From assembly GCA_035546535.1 (NCBI GenBank), contig DASZWQ010000111.1, positions 16,357-80,356 on the forward strand: a DNA stretch of 64,000 nt. Direction: 5' to 3'. This document shows, piece by piece, positions 55,789-64,000 of the stretch. The notes beneath the pieces are model-generated. The model was not told where the DNA came from and searched no databases. It was given only the letters and a program-made list of their open reading frames with translations. Position 1 is the stretch's first letter. Each line of letters starts with the position of its first letter. Origin of the DNA: Pirellulales bacterium. GTDB lineage: Bacteria; Planctomycetota; Planctomycetia; Pirellulales; JACPPG01. Made by a program: the position numbers and the translations under genes.

Positions 55789-58700
55789 GCCTGTCGACCC
55801 CGTTCATTCACCGTCCTGTCGGCACCACGCTACTGACGATCGCCATCACGCTCGCCGGCACGCTGGGATACTTTCTGCTGCCGGTTTCGCCGCTGCCGCA
55901 GGTCGAATTTCCCACGATTCAAGTGAATGCATCCCTGCCGGGTGCCAGCCCCGAGACTATGGGCTCGGCCGTGGCTACACCCTTGGAACGCCAGTTTGGA
56001 CGCATCGCCGGTGTGACCGAGATGACGTCGATGAGCTACTTAGGCTCGACGTCGATCACGATGCAGTTCGATTTGAACCGCAATATCGACGCCGCGGCGC
56101 GCGACGTACAGGCAGCGATCAATGCGGCCCGCAGCCAACTGCCCACCAACCTGCCGAGCAATCCCACCTATCGTAAGGTCAACCCGGCCGATGCGCCGAT
56201 CTTGATCCTGGCGTTAACGTCCGACACGTATCCGAAATCGCGGGTCTATGACTCAGCGTCGACGATTCTGCAGCAGAAACTGTCTCAGGTGCGCGGCGTG
56301 GGGCAGGTCATGGTCGGTGGCGGCGCGGCACCGGCGGTCAGAGTGTCCGTCAACCCGACGACGCTCAACCACTTGGGACTGGTCATGGAAGACGTGCGTG
56401 CCGTGCTTGGCACTGCTAACGCTAATCGCCCCAAAGGGCAAATCGCCGACGACGAACACGCCTGGAGCATCAGCACGACCGATCAACTGTTGAAGGCCGA
56501 AGAGTATCGGCCGCTGATCGTTGCGTACAGCAAAGGCGCGCCGGTGCGGCTGGCGGATATCGCCCACTTGGAGGACGGGGTCGAGGATATTTTCGCCAAG
56601 GGGCTGTGCGACGGCAAACCGGCCGTCACGATCATTATTTTTCGCCAACCCAACGCCAACATCATCCAGACGGTCGATCGCGTGCTGGCCCTGCTTCCCC
56701 AGCTGAAAGCGGAGATTCCGGCGGGCATCGACCTGACCGTGGCCATGGATCGCACCACCACGATCCGCGCCAGTGTCGAGGACGTGCAGTTCACGCTGAT
56801 CGTCTCGGTCGGCCTGGTGATCATGGTCGTGTTTCTCTTCTTGAGAAATCTACGCGCCACGTTCATTCCCAGCGTGGCCGTCCCGGTGTCGCTCGTCGGC
56901 ACGTTCGGCGTGATGTACTTGATGGGCTACAGTCTGGACAATCTCTCTCTCATGGCGCTGACCGTAGCGACCGGTTTCGTCGTCGACGACGCAATCGTAG
57001 TGATCGAGAACATCAACCGGCACCTCGAGCAAGGAATGTCACCGCTCGAAGCGTCGTTATATGGCGCCAAGGAAATCGGCTTCACCGTCGTCTCGATCAG
57101 CGTTTCGCTCGTAGCCGTGTTCATCCCCATTTTGCTGATGGGGGGCATCGTCGGCCGATTGTTTCGGGAGTTCGCGGTGACCTTGTCGGTCGCTATTTTC
57201 GTCTCGCTCCTCGTATCCCTCACGACGACGCCCATGATGTGCGCCACGTTGCTCAAGCGGCACGACCAAGAGCGACATGGCCGGCTCTACCGGGCAAGCG
57301 AATGGGTGTTCGACCGGATCTTGAACTTTTATGAAAAGACGCTCGGCTGGGTGTTCCGACATCAGCGCATCACGATGGTCGTGACCATCCTCACCCTGGT
57401 ATTCACGGTTTATCTGTATGTCGTAATTCCCAAAGGCTTCTTTCCCCAGCAGGACACGGGCCGTATCACGGGCTCGATTCAGGCGGATCAGAATACCTCT
57501 TACCAGGCCATGGGGCATCTCTTGGAGCGATTTGCCCAAGTCGTCAGCGAGGACCCGGCCGTCGAGGGTTTGATTGCGTTTACGGGGGGGCAAGGAGGCA
57601 CGTCCAACGCCGGGAGAATGTTCCTATCGCTTAAGCCGCTGGAAGAGCGGAAGATGAGCGCCGACCAGGTCATCGGCCGGCTGCGGGGCAAGCTATCCGG
57701 CATCCCCGGCGGCACCTTGTTTTTGCAGGCCGTGCAAGATTTGCGCATCGGCGGACGCTCCAGCAGTTCGCAATATCAGTTCACCTTGCAGGGGGACAAT
57801 GTCTCCGACCTGGTCGAGTGGGGACCGGTGCTATTGCGCGAGATGCGCAAGCTGCCCGAACTGGTCGACGTCAGCACGGATCAGCAAAACCGCGGTCTGC
57901 AGAGTCGTTTGGAAGTCGATCGGCTCATGGCCGCGCGGCTGGGTATCACGCAGCAGGTCGTCGACGACACGCTCTACGACGCCTTCGGCCAGCGGCAGGT
58001 TTCGACGATGTATTTGCCACTGAATCAATACCACGTCGTGCTGGACGTCGACGAGACCTTCCGCCAGAATCCTGAAGCGCTTAAGCACATCTACGTGGCC
58101 GGCGCGAACAAGGCGGAAGTGCCATTGAGCGAAATCGCTAAGTTCTCGACCAGTACCACGGCTCTGGCTGTGACGCATTCCGGCTTCTTTCCTTCGGTCA
58201 CGATTTCCTTCAATCTCGCGCCCGGAGCGGCGCTGGGGGATGCCGTCGATAGCGTGGAGAAATTGCAGCACGACCTGGGCATGCCGGCTTCGATTCACGG
58301 CAGCTTTTCCGGTGCCGCCCAGGCCTTCCAGGCATCGCTGCGCAATGAGCCCATCTTGATCCTCGCCGCCTTGGTCACGGTGTATATCGTGCTAGGCATT
58401 CTCTACGAAAGCTTTATTCACCCCATTACGATTCTCTCCACACTCCCCTCGGCGGGCGTCGGGGCGCTCTTGGCTCTGATGCTGTGCAAGACCGAATTGA
58501 ACGTGATGGGGCTGATCGGCATCATCCTGCTGATCGGCATCGTGAAGAAAAACGCGATTATGATGATCGACTTTGCTCTGGAAGCGGAGCGCAATGAGGG
58601 GAAGACGCCGCCCGAAGCCATCTTCGAAGCCTGTATCCTCAGATTCCGTCCCATCGTCATGACGACCATGGCTGCACTTCTGGGCGGGCTGCCGCTGGCG

Positions 58701-58901
58701 CTAGGGACGGGCAACGGCGCCGAGTTGCGCCGACCGCTGGGGATTGCGATCGTCGGCGGTCTGATCTTCAGCCAGGTGCTCACGCTGTACACGACGCCGG
58801 TGGTATACCTGTATCTCGATCAGTTGCGAGCACTCGGCGCGCGGTTGCGCCGACGGAGGCCGGCCGCGGCGCCGGCGCTGGCGCCGCATTTCGAAGTCTG
58901 A
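55785..58901 (+). CDS. mdtC: RND multidrug efflux permease, MdtC-like
   Basis: GTG start overlaps the mdtB stop by 4 nt (GTGA). [53 protein letters not shown] matches my recollection of the MdtC N-terminus. It is a tandem paralogue of the preceding gene. Confidence 0.95.
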   Translation: MSLSTPFIHRPVGTTLLTIAITLAGTLGYFLLPVSPLPQVEFPTIQVNASLPGASPETMGSAVATPLERQFGRIAGVTEMTSMSYLGSTSITMQFDLNRNIDAAARDVQAAINAARSQLPTNLPSNPTYRKVNPADAPILILALTSDTYPKSRVYDSASTILQQKLSQVRGVGQVMVGGGAAPAVRVSVNPTTLNHLGLVMEDVRAVLGTANANRPKGQIADDEHAWSISTTDQLLKAEEYRPLIVAYSKGAPVRLADIAHLEDGVEDIFAKGLCDGKPAVTIIIFRQPNANIIQTVDRVLALLPQLKAEIPAGIDLTVAMDRTTTIRASVEDVQFTLIVSVGLVIMVVFLFLRNLRATFIPSVAVPVSLVGTFGVMYLMGYSLDNLSLMALTVATGFVVDDAIVVIENINRHLEQGMSPLEASLYGAKEIGFTVVSISVSLVAVFIPILLMGGIVGRLFREFAVTLSVAIFVSLLVSLTTTPMMCATLLKRHDQERHGRLYRASEWVFDRILNFYEKTLGWVFRHQRITMVVTILTLVFTVYLYVVIPKGFFPQQDTGRITGSIQADQNTSYQAMGHLLERFAQVVSEDPAVEGLIAFTGGQGGTSNAGRMFLSLKPLEERKMSADQVIGRLRGKLSGIPGGTLFLQAVQDLRIGGRSSSSQYQFTLQGDNVSDLVEWGPVLLREMRKLPELVDVSTDQQNRGLQSRLEVDRLMAARLGITQQVVDDTLYDAFGQRQVSTMYLPLNQYHVVLDVDETFRQNPEALKHIYVAGANKAEVPLSEIAKFSTSTTALAVTHSGFFPSVTISFNLAPGAALGDAVDSVEKLQHDLGMPASIHGSFSGAAQAFQASLRNEPILILAALVTVYIVLGILYESFIHPITILSTLPSAGVGALLALMLCKTELNVMGLIGIILLIGIVKKNAIMMIDFALEAERNEGKTPPEAIFEACILRFRPIVMTTMAALLGGLPLALGTGNGAELRRPLGIAIVGGLIFSQVLTLYTTPVVYLYLDQLRALGARLRRRRPAAAPALAPHFEV

Positions 58902-58946
58902 CGGAAATCGCGCGGCGCGACCACGATCTTTGCTACAATCGCGGTC

Positions 58947-59609
58947 ATGTGTGGACGATTTACGCTGCGCAGCCGCCCCCAGGCCGTGGCCGAAGCTTTT
59001 GAATTGCTCGAGTTACCTGACCTGTCGCCGCGCTACAATATCGCGCCGACGCAATCGGTCGCGACCGTGCACTTCGACCTCGAGCGCCACCAGCGCGTGT
59101 TGCGCTGGCAACGCTGGGGCCTGGTTCCGCCTTGGGCCAAGAGCCTCGCCGTCGGCGCAGGCATGATCAATGCGCGCGCCGAGGGAATCGCCACGAAACC
59201 CGCCTTTCGACAAGCGTTCACCGCACGGCGCTGCCTGGTCGTCGCCGACGGATTCTACGAATGGCAAAAGACGCCCGAGGGAAAGCAGCCCTATTTCCTT
59301 CATAGAGAGGACGATTCTCCTCTGGCTTTTGCCGGCCTATGGGAACAATGGGGGCCTGATCATCTTGAATCATGCACGATCATCACGACCTCGGCCAATC
59401 GCTTGATGAGCGGGCTGCACGAGCGGATGCCCGTGATTCTGAAACCCGAGGATTACACGCGTTGGCTCGACCCTGCCTTGCGTGATCGAAAAGTGCTGGA
59501 AAGCCTGTTGCAGCCGGCCGCCGAGGATCTACTGCGGATCGATGCCGTGACGACCTTGGTGAACAATCCGCGCAACGAGCAGCCGGAATGCGTCGTCCCG
59601 CTCGCCTGA
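58947..59609 (+). CDS. SOS response-associated peptidase (SRAP/YedK family, abasic-site DNA-protein crosslink)
   Basis: Invariant N-terminal MCGRF. Then YNIAPTQ, PPWAK, INARAEGIATKPAFRQAF, CLVVADGFYEW. Confidence 0.9.
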   Translation: MCGRFTLRSRPQAVAEAFELLELPDLSPRYNIAPTQSVATVHFDLERHQRVLRWQRWGLVPPWAKSLAVGAGMINARAEGIATKPAFRQAFTARRCLVVADGFYEWQKTPEGKQPYFLHREDDSPLAFAGLWEQWGPDHLESCTIITTSANRLMSGLHERMPVILKPEDYTRWLDPALRDRKVLESLLQPAAEDLLRIDAVTTLVNNPRNEQPECVVPLA

Positions 59610-59629
59610 GCGGAAAGCCCCGACGCAAG

Positions 59630-59669
59630 CTGGTCTCGCGGCGGCGCGAATTCACCGACGCGAGACCAG
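59630..59669. terminator. Bidirectional hairpin between convergent genes
   Basis: Perfect 11-bp stem ctggtctcgcg (59630..59640) / cgcgagaccag (59659..59669), 18-nt loop. No U-tract, so terminator function is assumed from position only. Confidence 0.5.
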
Positions 59670-59692
59670 CGTGTCGTGCAGAGCGCACTCTT

Positions 59693-59830
59693 CTACTTGC
59701 AAGCCGAGCAAGCGGGAGCGGCCGCAGTGTGGCAACGACCACCACGGCAACGACGGCAGCGAGCGTCGGCAGAAACCGACATGGCCAAAACCAACAACAG
59801 AGCACAAACGGCAGCAATCTTGCGCTTCAT
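59693..59830 (-). CDS. Small secreted Cys/Arg-rich peptide (45 aa precursor), hypothetical
   Basis: MKRKIAAVCALLLVLAMSVSA | DARCRRCRGGRCHTAAAPACSACK. GAGGAG lies 9 nt upstream of the ATG. Classic signal peptide with AxA-like site, then two CxxC pairs plus one extra Cys. Codons are unusually T-ending for this genome. Confidence 0.4.
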   Translation of the reverse strand: MKRKIAAVCALLLVLAMSVSADARCRRCRGGRCHTAAAPACSACK

Positions 59831-60290
59831 ATCAGGAAGCTCCTCAACAGTGTCGCGCGTCCTCCAGCCCCGACGCGCTGGGGCAATCCAAACCATACGT
59901 AAGGCTGCCACGGTAAAGGTTTGATCTCGCCCGTCAACCACCCATCGGCCGCGCGCGCGGGGGCAAAGAGCGCGATGAAAAACGCGCAAAAATGCCGCCT
60001 CACAAAACAGGGCGACGAGGCAAAATGCGCATTTCATCCGCAAGATTCGCGTAAGGGGTTTTCACTTCAGGTCTTGGCGACCCGCGGCGAGCGCATTTGC
60101 CGCGGAGTAATCGCAGTAGACCCCGCAAAAACCCCAACGATGGGCCGCACGCGTCCCCACCCCCCCACGGCGCAAGAAAATCCCGGAAATCGCACGACAT
60201 GGCGATAATTTTAGGAAACGAGCTGGCTTTTAGCGGCCGCTCCACGACGTAAGGCGCTTCGCCGCAAACTGGCGTCGATCGCCTGCTCGT

Positions 60291-61034
60291 TCACACGGTC
60301 GGAGCCGCCAGGGCCGCCGAGGCCATCGCGTCCGCGCCGCGCTGCCAGGCAACACGGGCCACCGGATCCCAATCGTACAACCGTGCCTGTCCGTCGCGGA
60401 TGCCCACGAAGGAGGAAGGCTTTTCGGTCCAGCAGCCGGAATTCAGGTAATGCACGCCACTGGTGCGACTCTCGCACGCCAGATGTGAATGCCCCAGGAT
60501 TACGCCTGACAGGGCGCGGTCGAGGGCCGTTTCGATGGCTTTGCGGCGTAGCACGTCGGTTACATGCAGAAAATGCTTCGAGCTGTGTTTCAAGCGCCGG
60601 GCCAGGCGATGCGAAGAATCGAGCCATTGGCAGGCGAAATAGATCGCGTCTGCCGTATCGATCACGACTTGCGGCCAGGCGAGCGATGGATCCCAGCGGT
60701 GTCCGTGATAGACCAGATAGCGCTCGCCGCCGATATCGAGGATCACTTCGTCGACAGCCGAGATTCCCAACAGGCCGGCAAACCATTCGGGGCGCGGATC
60801 ATGATTGCCAACGACCCAATCGACGTGTACCCGCTCGCCATATCGGCGCAACAGCTCGACCACTTGCACGTCGCGCTCTTGCAAGCCGCGCAGGCGATGG
60901 TCGTTGAACAAATCGCCGTTCAATACCAGCCGTTCGGTGCGAAGGGTGTGCAAAAAGCGTAGAAAATCGTTCCCTCGACTATTCCGCGCGCCCAAGTGCA
61001 AATCGCTGACGACAACCGCGTCGAAGTTCAACAT
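60291..61034 (-). CDS. Metallophosphoesterase, LpxH-like (UDP-2,3-diacylglucosamine hydrolase family)
   Basis: ATG at 61034 (MLNFDAVVVSDLHLG). Motifs NGDLFD-like NGDLFN, VVGNHDP, YHGH, ILGHSH, LNSGCW. Confidence 0.8.
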   Translation of the reverse strand: MLNFDAVVVSDLHLGARNSRGNDFLRFLHTLRTERLVLNGDLFNDHRLRGLQERDVQVVELLRRYGERVHVDWVVGNHDPRPEWFAGLLGISAVDEVILDIGGERYLVYHGHRWDPSLAWPQVVIDTADAIYFACQWLDSSHRLARRLKHSSKHFLHVTDVLRRKAIETALDRALSGVILGHSHLACESRTSGVHYLNSGCWTEKPSSFVGIRDGQARLYDWDPVARVAWQRGADAMASAALAAPTV

Positions 61035-61435
61035 GGGGATCGCTTCCTTGAGTAGGGGAACGCCGGACGACATCCTGATCTCCGGCTCTACGGGAATCAT
61101 CGACGACGCTCGTTTTCACGGCGTGAGGCCCGCGCTAGATTTTTGTGAGAAACCGCTGGACGGATGCTAGCAGGCCGCCAAAATCGACATGGCCAGAACC
61201 GTCGCGCTGGAGTTTCGTCGACCAACCGCGAATGCGCGCCGCGCGCTTTTGTCAAGCGCCCAATCGCTCATGAAAAACTCACGCGCCGAACCGTTGAGGC
61301 GGTTGCAGCCCGTTGCTATGGTGGCGTGCGATCGCTGTGTGCCGTGCTCGGAGGCCGGCCGCGATCGGTCCATTCGGCGGACGTCGCGTTCGCGAACCGC
61401 CCACGCACGCACCCATCCCCTTAGGAGTCTGCACC

Positions 61436-61804
61436 ATGAACGGAGTTACTACGCGCACGGCCTGGGCTTCGCTGGCCGTCGTCATGTTGATGATTGAAAC
61501 GTCGCAGGCCCAGAACCAGGCGTCTCGGCCACGCATCAGCCCTTACATGAATCTGGTCAACAATCCGCTGGCGGGAGCGACGAATTATCAGAGCCTGGTG
61601 CGGCCGCAGATCGAGCAGATGAATTTCAACCGCAGTCAACGCGCCGCGGTCGGCCAGTTGCAGCGCCAGTCCGCCGCCAGCCGTTCGACGTCAACAGCAC
61701 AGGGGAATTCCCAGCTGCGCGGCACGGGCCACCGCACGGTCTTCGATCAGACTTCGCGGTACTACCCGCAAAAACGCCCGGCCGGTAGCGGCCCGCAACG
61801 GTAA
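61436..61804 (+). CDS. Secreted Gln/Asn/Arg-rich hypothetical protein
   Basis: ATG at 61436 with AGGAG 9 nt upstream. Signal peptide AWASLAVVMLMIETSQA. Low-complexity polar mature part. Confidence 0.55.
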   Translation: MNGVTTRTAWASLAVVMLMIETSQAQNQASRPRISPYMNLVNNPLAGATNYQSLVRPQIEQMNFNRSQRAAVGQLQRQSAASRSTSTAQGNSQLRGTGHRTVFDQTSRYYPQKRPAGSGPQR

Positions 61805-61883
61805 GCGACACAAGGGCTGCCGGCGCCGGCCGATTTCTCCGGCCGAGCGCCGGCGGCGCTTCGGTTGATTCCGCGCGTGAGCG

Positions 61884-62120
61884 CTACCAGTAAGCGGCCA
61901 TCGCGAGCAAGAACGTCATCCAGGCCGCAAGGCCCACGGCACTGCCGATAAGAAAGGCCATGTGCGGGCGCGGCGGGACGCGCGACAGCTCGCGCCACGT
62001 GAGCGGTCGTTCGGGCTCGGTCGGGCCTCGATAGGCCGGCTTGAACGCGCCAGCGGCGGTTGCACGCGCGCCGCGATCGGCGGCCGCCGCCTTGCTCGCT
62101 TTCTTGCGCCGTTGTGCCAT
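61884..62120 (-). CDS. Small C-terminally anchored membrane protein, hypothetical
   Basis: 78 aa with a basic N-terminus and a single C-terminal TM helix (MAFLIGSAVGLAAWMTFLLAMAAYW). Last in a same-strand series after the PSP1 and Minf_1886-like genes. No RBS seen. Confidence 0.3.
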   Translation of the reverse strand: MAQRRKKASKAAAADRGARATAAGAFKPAYRGPTEPERPLTWRELSRVPPRPHMAFLIGSAVGLAAWMTFLLAMAAYW

Positions 62121-62218
62121 GGCAATTATAAATCGCGGTTCAAGGCCAGGTGCCGCGCGACGGCGCTTTGCCGTCCCACAACGCTACCCTTCACAAACAA
62201 GCCAGACGCCGCAGGGAC

Positions 62219-62638
62219 CTACTCGGGCGGAGTGATTTGAAAACTCTTTTGCAAGCCGGTCTCGAAGTCGAAGACGTCGTCGAAGTCTTCACGGCGATCG
62301 TCGTCCGTCTTGCGCATCAGTCCCACGCGGATCAAGTTGAAGACGATTTCGCCAAAGTCGCCGGTCGTGTGGACGCCGTAGCTATTGAGCACGCACTTGG
62401 CCATGTAGCCGTACTGATCGAGCGCGTACAGCCGGATCGCCTCGCACAGCTCCTGCCCGGTCAAATGGCGATCGGTCGTTGCGGGATTGTCTTCCTGTTC
62501 GCCACTGCTGGGCGCGCCCCCCATGCCGAGTTCGGAGTGCGCATAGTTCAACGCATCGAATACGAAGAGATACGCGGGACGCTGATAGCGTTTGTCTTCT
62601 CGCAACAGCAAGGCAAGCGTTTGGGCGGCGTCTGACAT
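62219..62638 (-). CDS. Minf_1886-like conserved protein (Verrucomicrobia/Planctomycetes-restricted family)
   Basis: YQRPAYLFVFDALNYA...LTGQELCEAIRLYALDQYGYMAKCVLNSYGVHTTGDFGEIVFNLIRVGLM matches my recollection of the TIGR04138-type family. Assignment is from memory, not a search. Confidence 0.7.
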   Translation of the reverse strand: MSDAAQTLALLLREDKRYQRPAYLFVFDALNYAHSELGMGGAPSSGEQEDNPATTDRHLTGQELCEAIRLYALDQYGYMAKCVLNSYGVHTTGDFGEIVFNLIRVGLMRKTDDDRREDFDDVFDFETGLQKSFQITPPE

Positions 62639-62703
62639 GACTGGCTACGGATGTCTCTCGAATGTGGCGAACAAACCGCGGCGGGCAAAAGGCGGTGGGA
62701 AAT

Positions 62704-63534
62704 TTACGATCCGTCGGAACGCGCGCCGGCATTTAGGACAGTCAACACGTCATCCGCTTGGATTAGCACGCGCGTGCGATCCTCGGTCTCGACCAATAGC
62801 TGACTGGCCAGGATCTCCTGAGCCAGTACGCGCATCCGGCCCTTGGCCGTGACGACGTGCGCGCCGACGGGCGGCAAGTCTTTCTGCAATTGCTCATAGG
62901 TATCGAATTCGTACCGCAAGCAGCATTTCAAGCGGCCGCAGCGGCCCGAGATCTTCGTCGGATCAAGCGTGGCCTTTTGCAGCTTGGCCATTTTCATCGA
63001 CACCGGCGGCATTTCCGACAGGTGCGTGTTACAGCAGACCGGTTTGCCGCAGTCTCCGTAGTCGGCCAACAGCTTGGCCTCGTCGCGGACGCCGATTTGC
63101 CGCATCTCGATACGCGTCTGAAATTCGCTCGCCAGTGACTTGACCAGGTTGCGAAAATCGACTCGATTTTCGGCCAGGAAGTAGATCACCACGCGCTCGC
63201 CGCCGAACAAGTGCTCGACGTCGACCACCTTCATGGGCAGTTGCATTTCGCCCACCACGCGGCGGCAGGTGTCGAACTCCGTGCGCTCCTGCTCGCGCAA
63301 GCGCGACAGCTCGTTCTCGTCGTCGCCCGTCATTTGCCGCAGAATTTGTCCACGCTGCGGGTCCTGCAACTGGCCGGTGGTCTCGTCCGTGGCCGGGCAG
63401 AGGATTTCTCCCGCCTCGAGCCCCCGGTCCGTGCGAACGATCACACGATCGCCGCGCAGCATGGTCTCGCCCCGGGTCGAGCTGTAGACTCCCAGGGTGC
63501 GCATCACACCGTGACGTACGACGTACTTTTGCAT
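62704..63534 (-). CDS. PSP1 C-terminal domain protein (YaaT/RicT-like)
   Basis: ATG at 63534 (MQKYVVRHGVMRTLGVY); ORF track start is 63666. PSP1 core: VDFRNLVKSLASEFQTRIEMRQIGVRDEAKLLADYGDCGKPVCCNTHL...GRCGRLKCCLRYE. Confidence 0.9.
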   Translation of the reverse strand: MQKYVVRHGVMRTLGVYSSTRGETMLRGDRVIVRTDRGLEAGEILCPATDETTGQLQDPQRGQILRQMTGDDENELSRLREQERTEFDTCRRVVGEMQLPMKVVDVEHLFGGERVVIYFLAENRVDFRNLVKSLASEFQTRIEMRQIGVRDEAKLLADYGDCGKPVCCNTHLSEMPPVSMKMAKLQKATLDPTKISGRCGRLKCCLRYEFDTYEQLQKDLPPVGAHVVTAKGRMRVLAQEILASQLLVETEDRTRVLIQADDVLTVLNAGARSDGS

Positions 63535-63603
63535 GGTAGCGCCACTATAGTCGCTGTCACAATCTGCGGAAAGAGAAGCCAGACAGCCGCGATCACGGCG
63601 AAG

Positions 63604-63730
63604 GCAACAAGAATTACTGCCACGGCGGCAAGAATCACTGCCCCCGCAGCAAGGATTACTGCCCACGGCAGCAAGGATTACTGCCCACGGCAGCGAGAAT
63701 CACTGCCCCGGCAGCAAGAGCAGGCCGGCA
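63604..63730. repeat. Tandem array of 21-24 bp units (5 full + 1 partial), each a small palindrome
   Basis: Units: gcaacaagaattactgccacggcg, gcaagaatcactgcccccgca, gcaaggattactgcccacggca (x2, identical), gcgagaatcactgccccggca, gcaagagcaggccggca. Core CTGCC-n2-3-GGCAG. Lies between the upstream gene's 3' end and the PSP1 start. Confidence 0.85.
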
Positions 63731-64000
63731 CGCTCGGCCTCGCGCACGCGCTCGGGGTCAGCGCGACGCAATTGCGCCAAAGCCTCGGCAGCTTGCGGCA
63801 GCGGGCACACGGAGAGATAGCCGACGATCGCGCGGCTTGTGGTCGCGTCGGCATACTGGTCCTTCCCAAATAGCGCGGTCACTTCGGGCAGAGCCGCCCA
63901 ATCCTGCCACCGCGCCAGATCGACGATAGCCGCCGCAGCCAGCTCGGGCCGTCTGAGCATTTTTCGCATGGCGCGCGAAATATCGCCGGCCGAAATGACC
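63700..64000 (-). CDS. 3' end of a gene running off the window (helical-repeat-like C-terminus), partial
   Basis: The frame stays open from 63999 down to the TGA at 63702..63700 (VISAGDISRAMRKMLRRPELAAAAIVDLARWQDWAALPEV...LLLLPGQ). GC3-rich. The last codons lie inside the tandem repeat. Confidence 0.5.
   Translation of the reverse strand, partial: VISAGDISRAMRKMLRRPELAAAAIVDLARWQDWAALPEVTALFGKDQYADATTSRAIVGYLSVCPLPQAAEALAQLRRADPERVREAERAGLLLLPGQ

Noticed and set aside
63604-63730. Possible CRISPR array.
   Set aside because: The units are directly adjacent with no spacers, are only 21-24 bp long, and no cas genes are in the window.
63211-63873. ORFs translating the tandem repeat as peptide repeats: AARITA units on the plus strand, and GSNPCCGG/GSNSCC in the 62704..63666 extension.
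   Set aside because: The periodic amino-acid patterns simply mirror the 21-24 bp DNA repeat. The unit lengths (24, 21, 22, 22, 21) do not preserve a reading frame, and the PSP1 protein has a normal start downstream.

Overview
All calls are made by eye from the sequence and the ORF track; no searches or HMMs were run. This is a high-GC chromosomal segment. Hand-counted 100-nt samples of core genes give 63-66% GC. The gene content (DUF1501, DUF1549/DUF1553, DUF1559, DUF1080, CxxCH planctomycete-type cytochrome c motifs, a giant secretin, a Minf_1886-like protein) suggests a Planctomycetota (Pirellulales-like) genome; that is inference from family content only. I support about 47 protein-coding genes. 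I recognised no rRNA, tRNA or CRISPR array.

Main blocks, in order:
- 129-1175: a GspF/PilC platform gene.
- 4.3-6.5 kb: a visibly lower-GC two-gene restriction-modification-like islet.
- 9.5-19.8 kb, minus strand: a pilus/secretion cluster with a PilM-N fusion, two large bitopic proteins without recognisable domains, and a ~1400-aa secretin.
- Housekeeping genes: cmk, plsC, a 3-methyladenine glycosylase, a creatininase-family gene, and a sugar-phosphate isomerase/epimerase.
- 29.9-32.1 kb: a redoxin / cytochrome c / PHM-like copper monooxygenase / EF-hand fusion protein.
- An ECF sigma / anti-sigma pair.
- 35.7-42.5 kb, minus strand: a DUF1559-like / DUF1549-1553 / DUF1501 / EF-hand operon.
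- 43.3-47.1 kb: a VTC / DUF4956 / CotH triad.
- 47.2-58.9 kb: a propeller-type histidine kinase and NarL-type regulator, divergent from mdtABC-like RND efflux genes.
- A SRAP peptidase, an LpxH-like phosphoesterase and a PSP1 operon.

Non-coding items worth a second look:
- a heptamer-based palindrome between convergent genes (1191-1334);
- a 157-bp MITE-like hairpin-rich element (42944-43100);
- a five-to-six-copy 21-24 bp tandem array of mini-palindromes upstream of the PSP1 gene (63604-63730).

The candidates I consider most likely to be under-described systems are the VTC-DUF4956-CotH triad, the R-M islet with its unclassifiable nuclease partner, and the non-canonical pilus/secretin assembly cluster.
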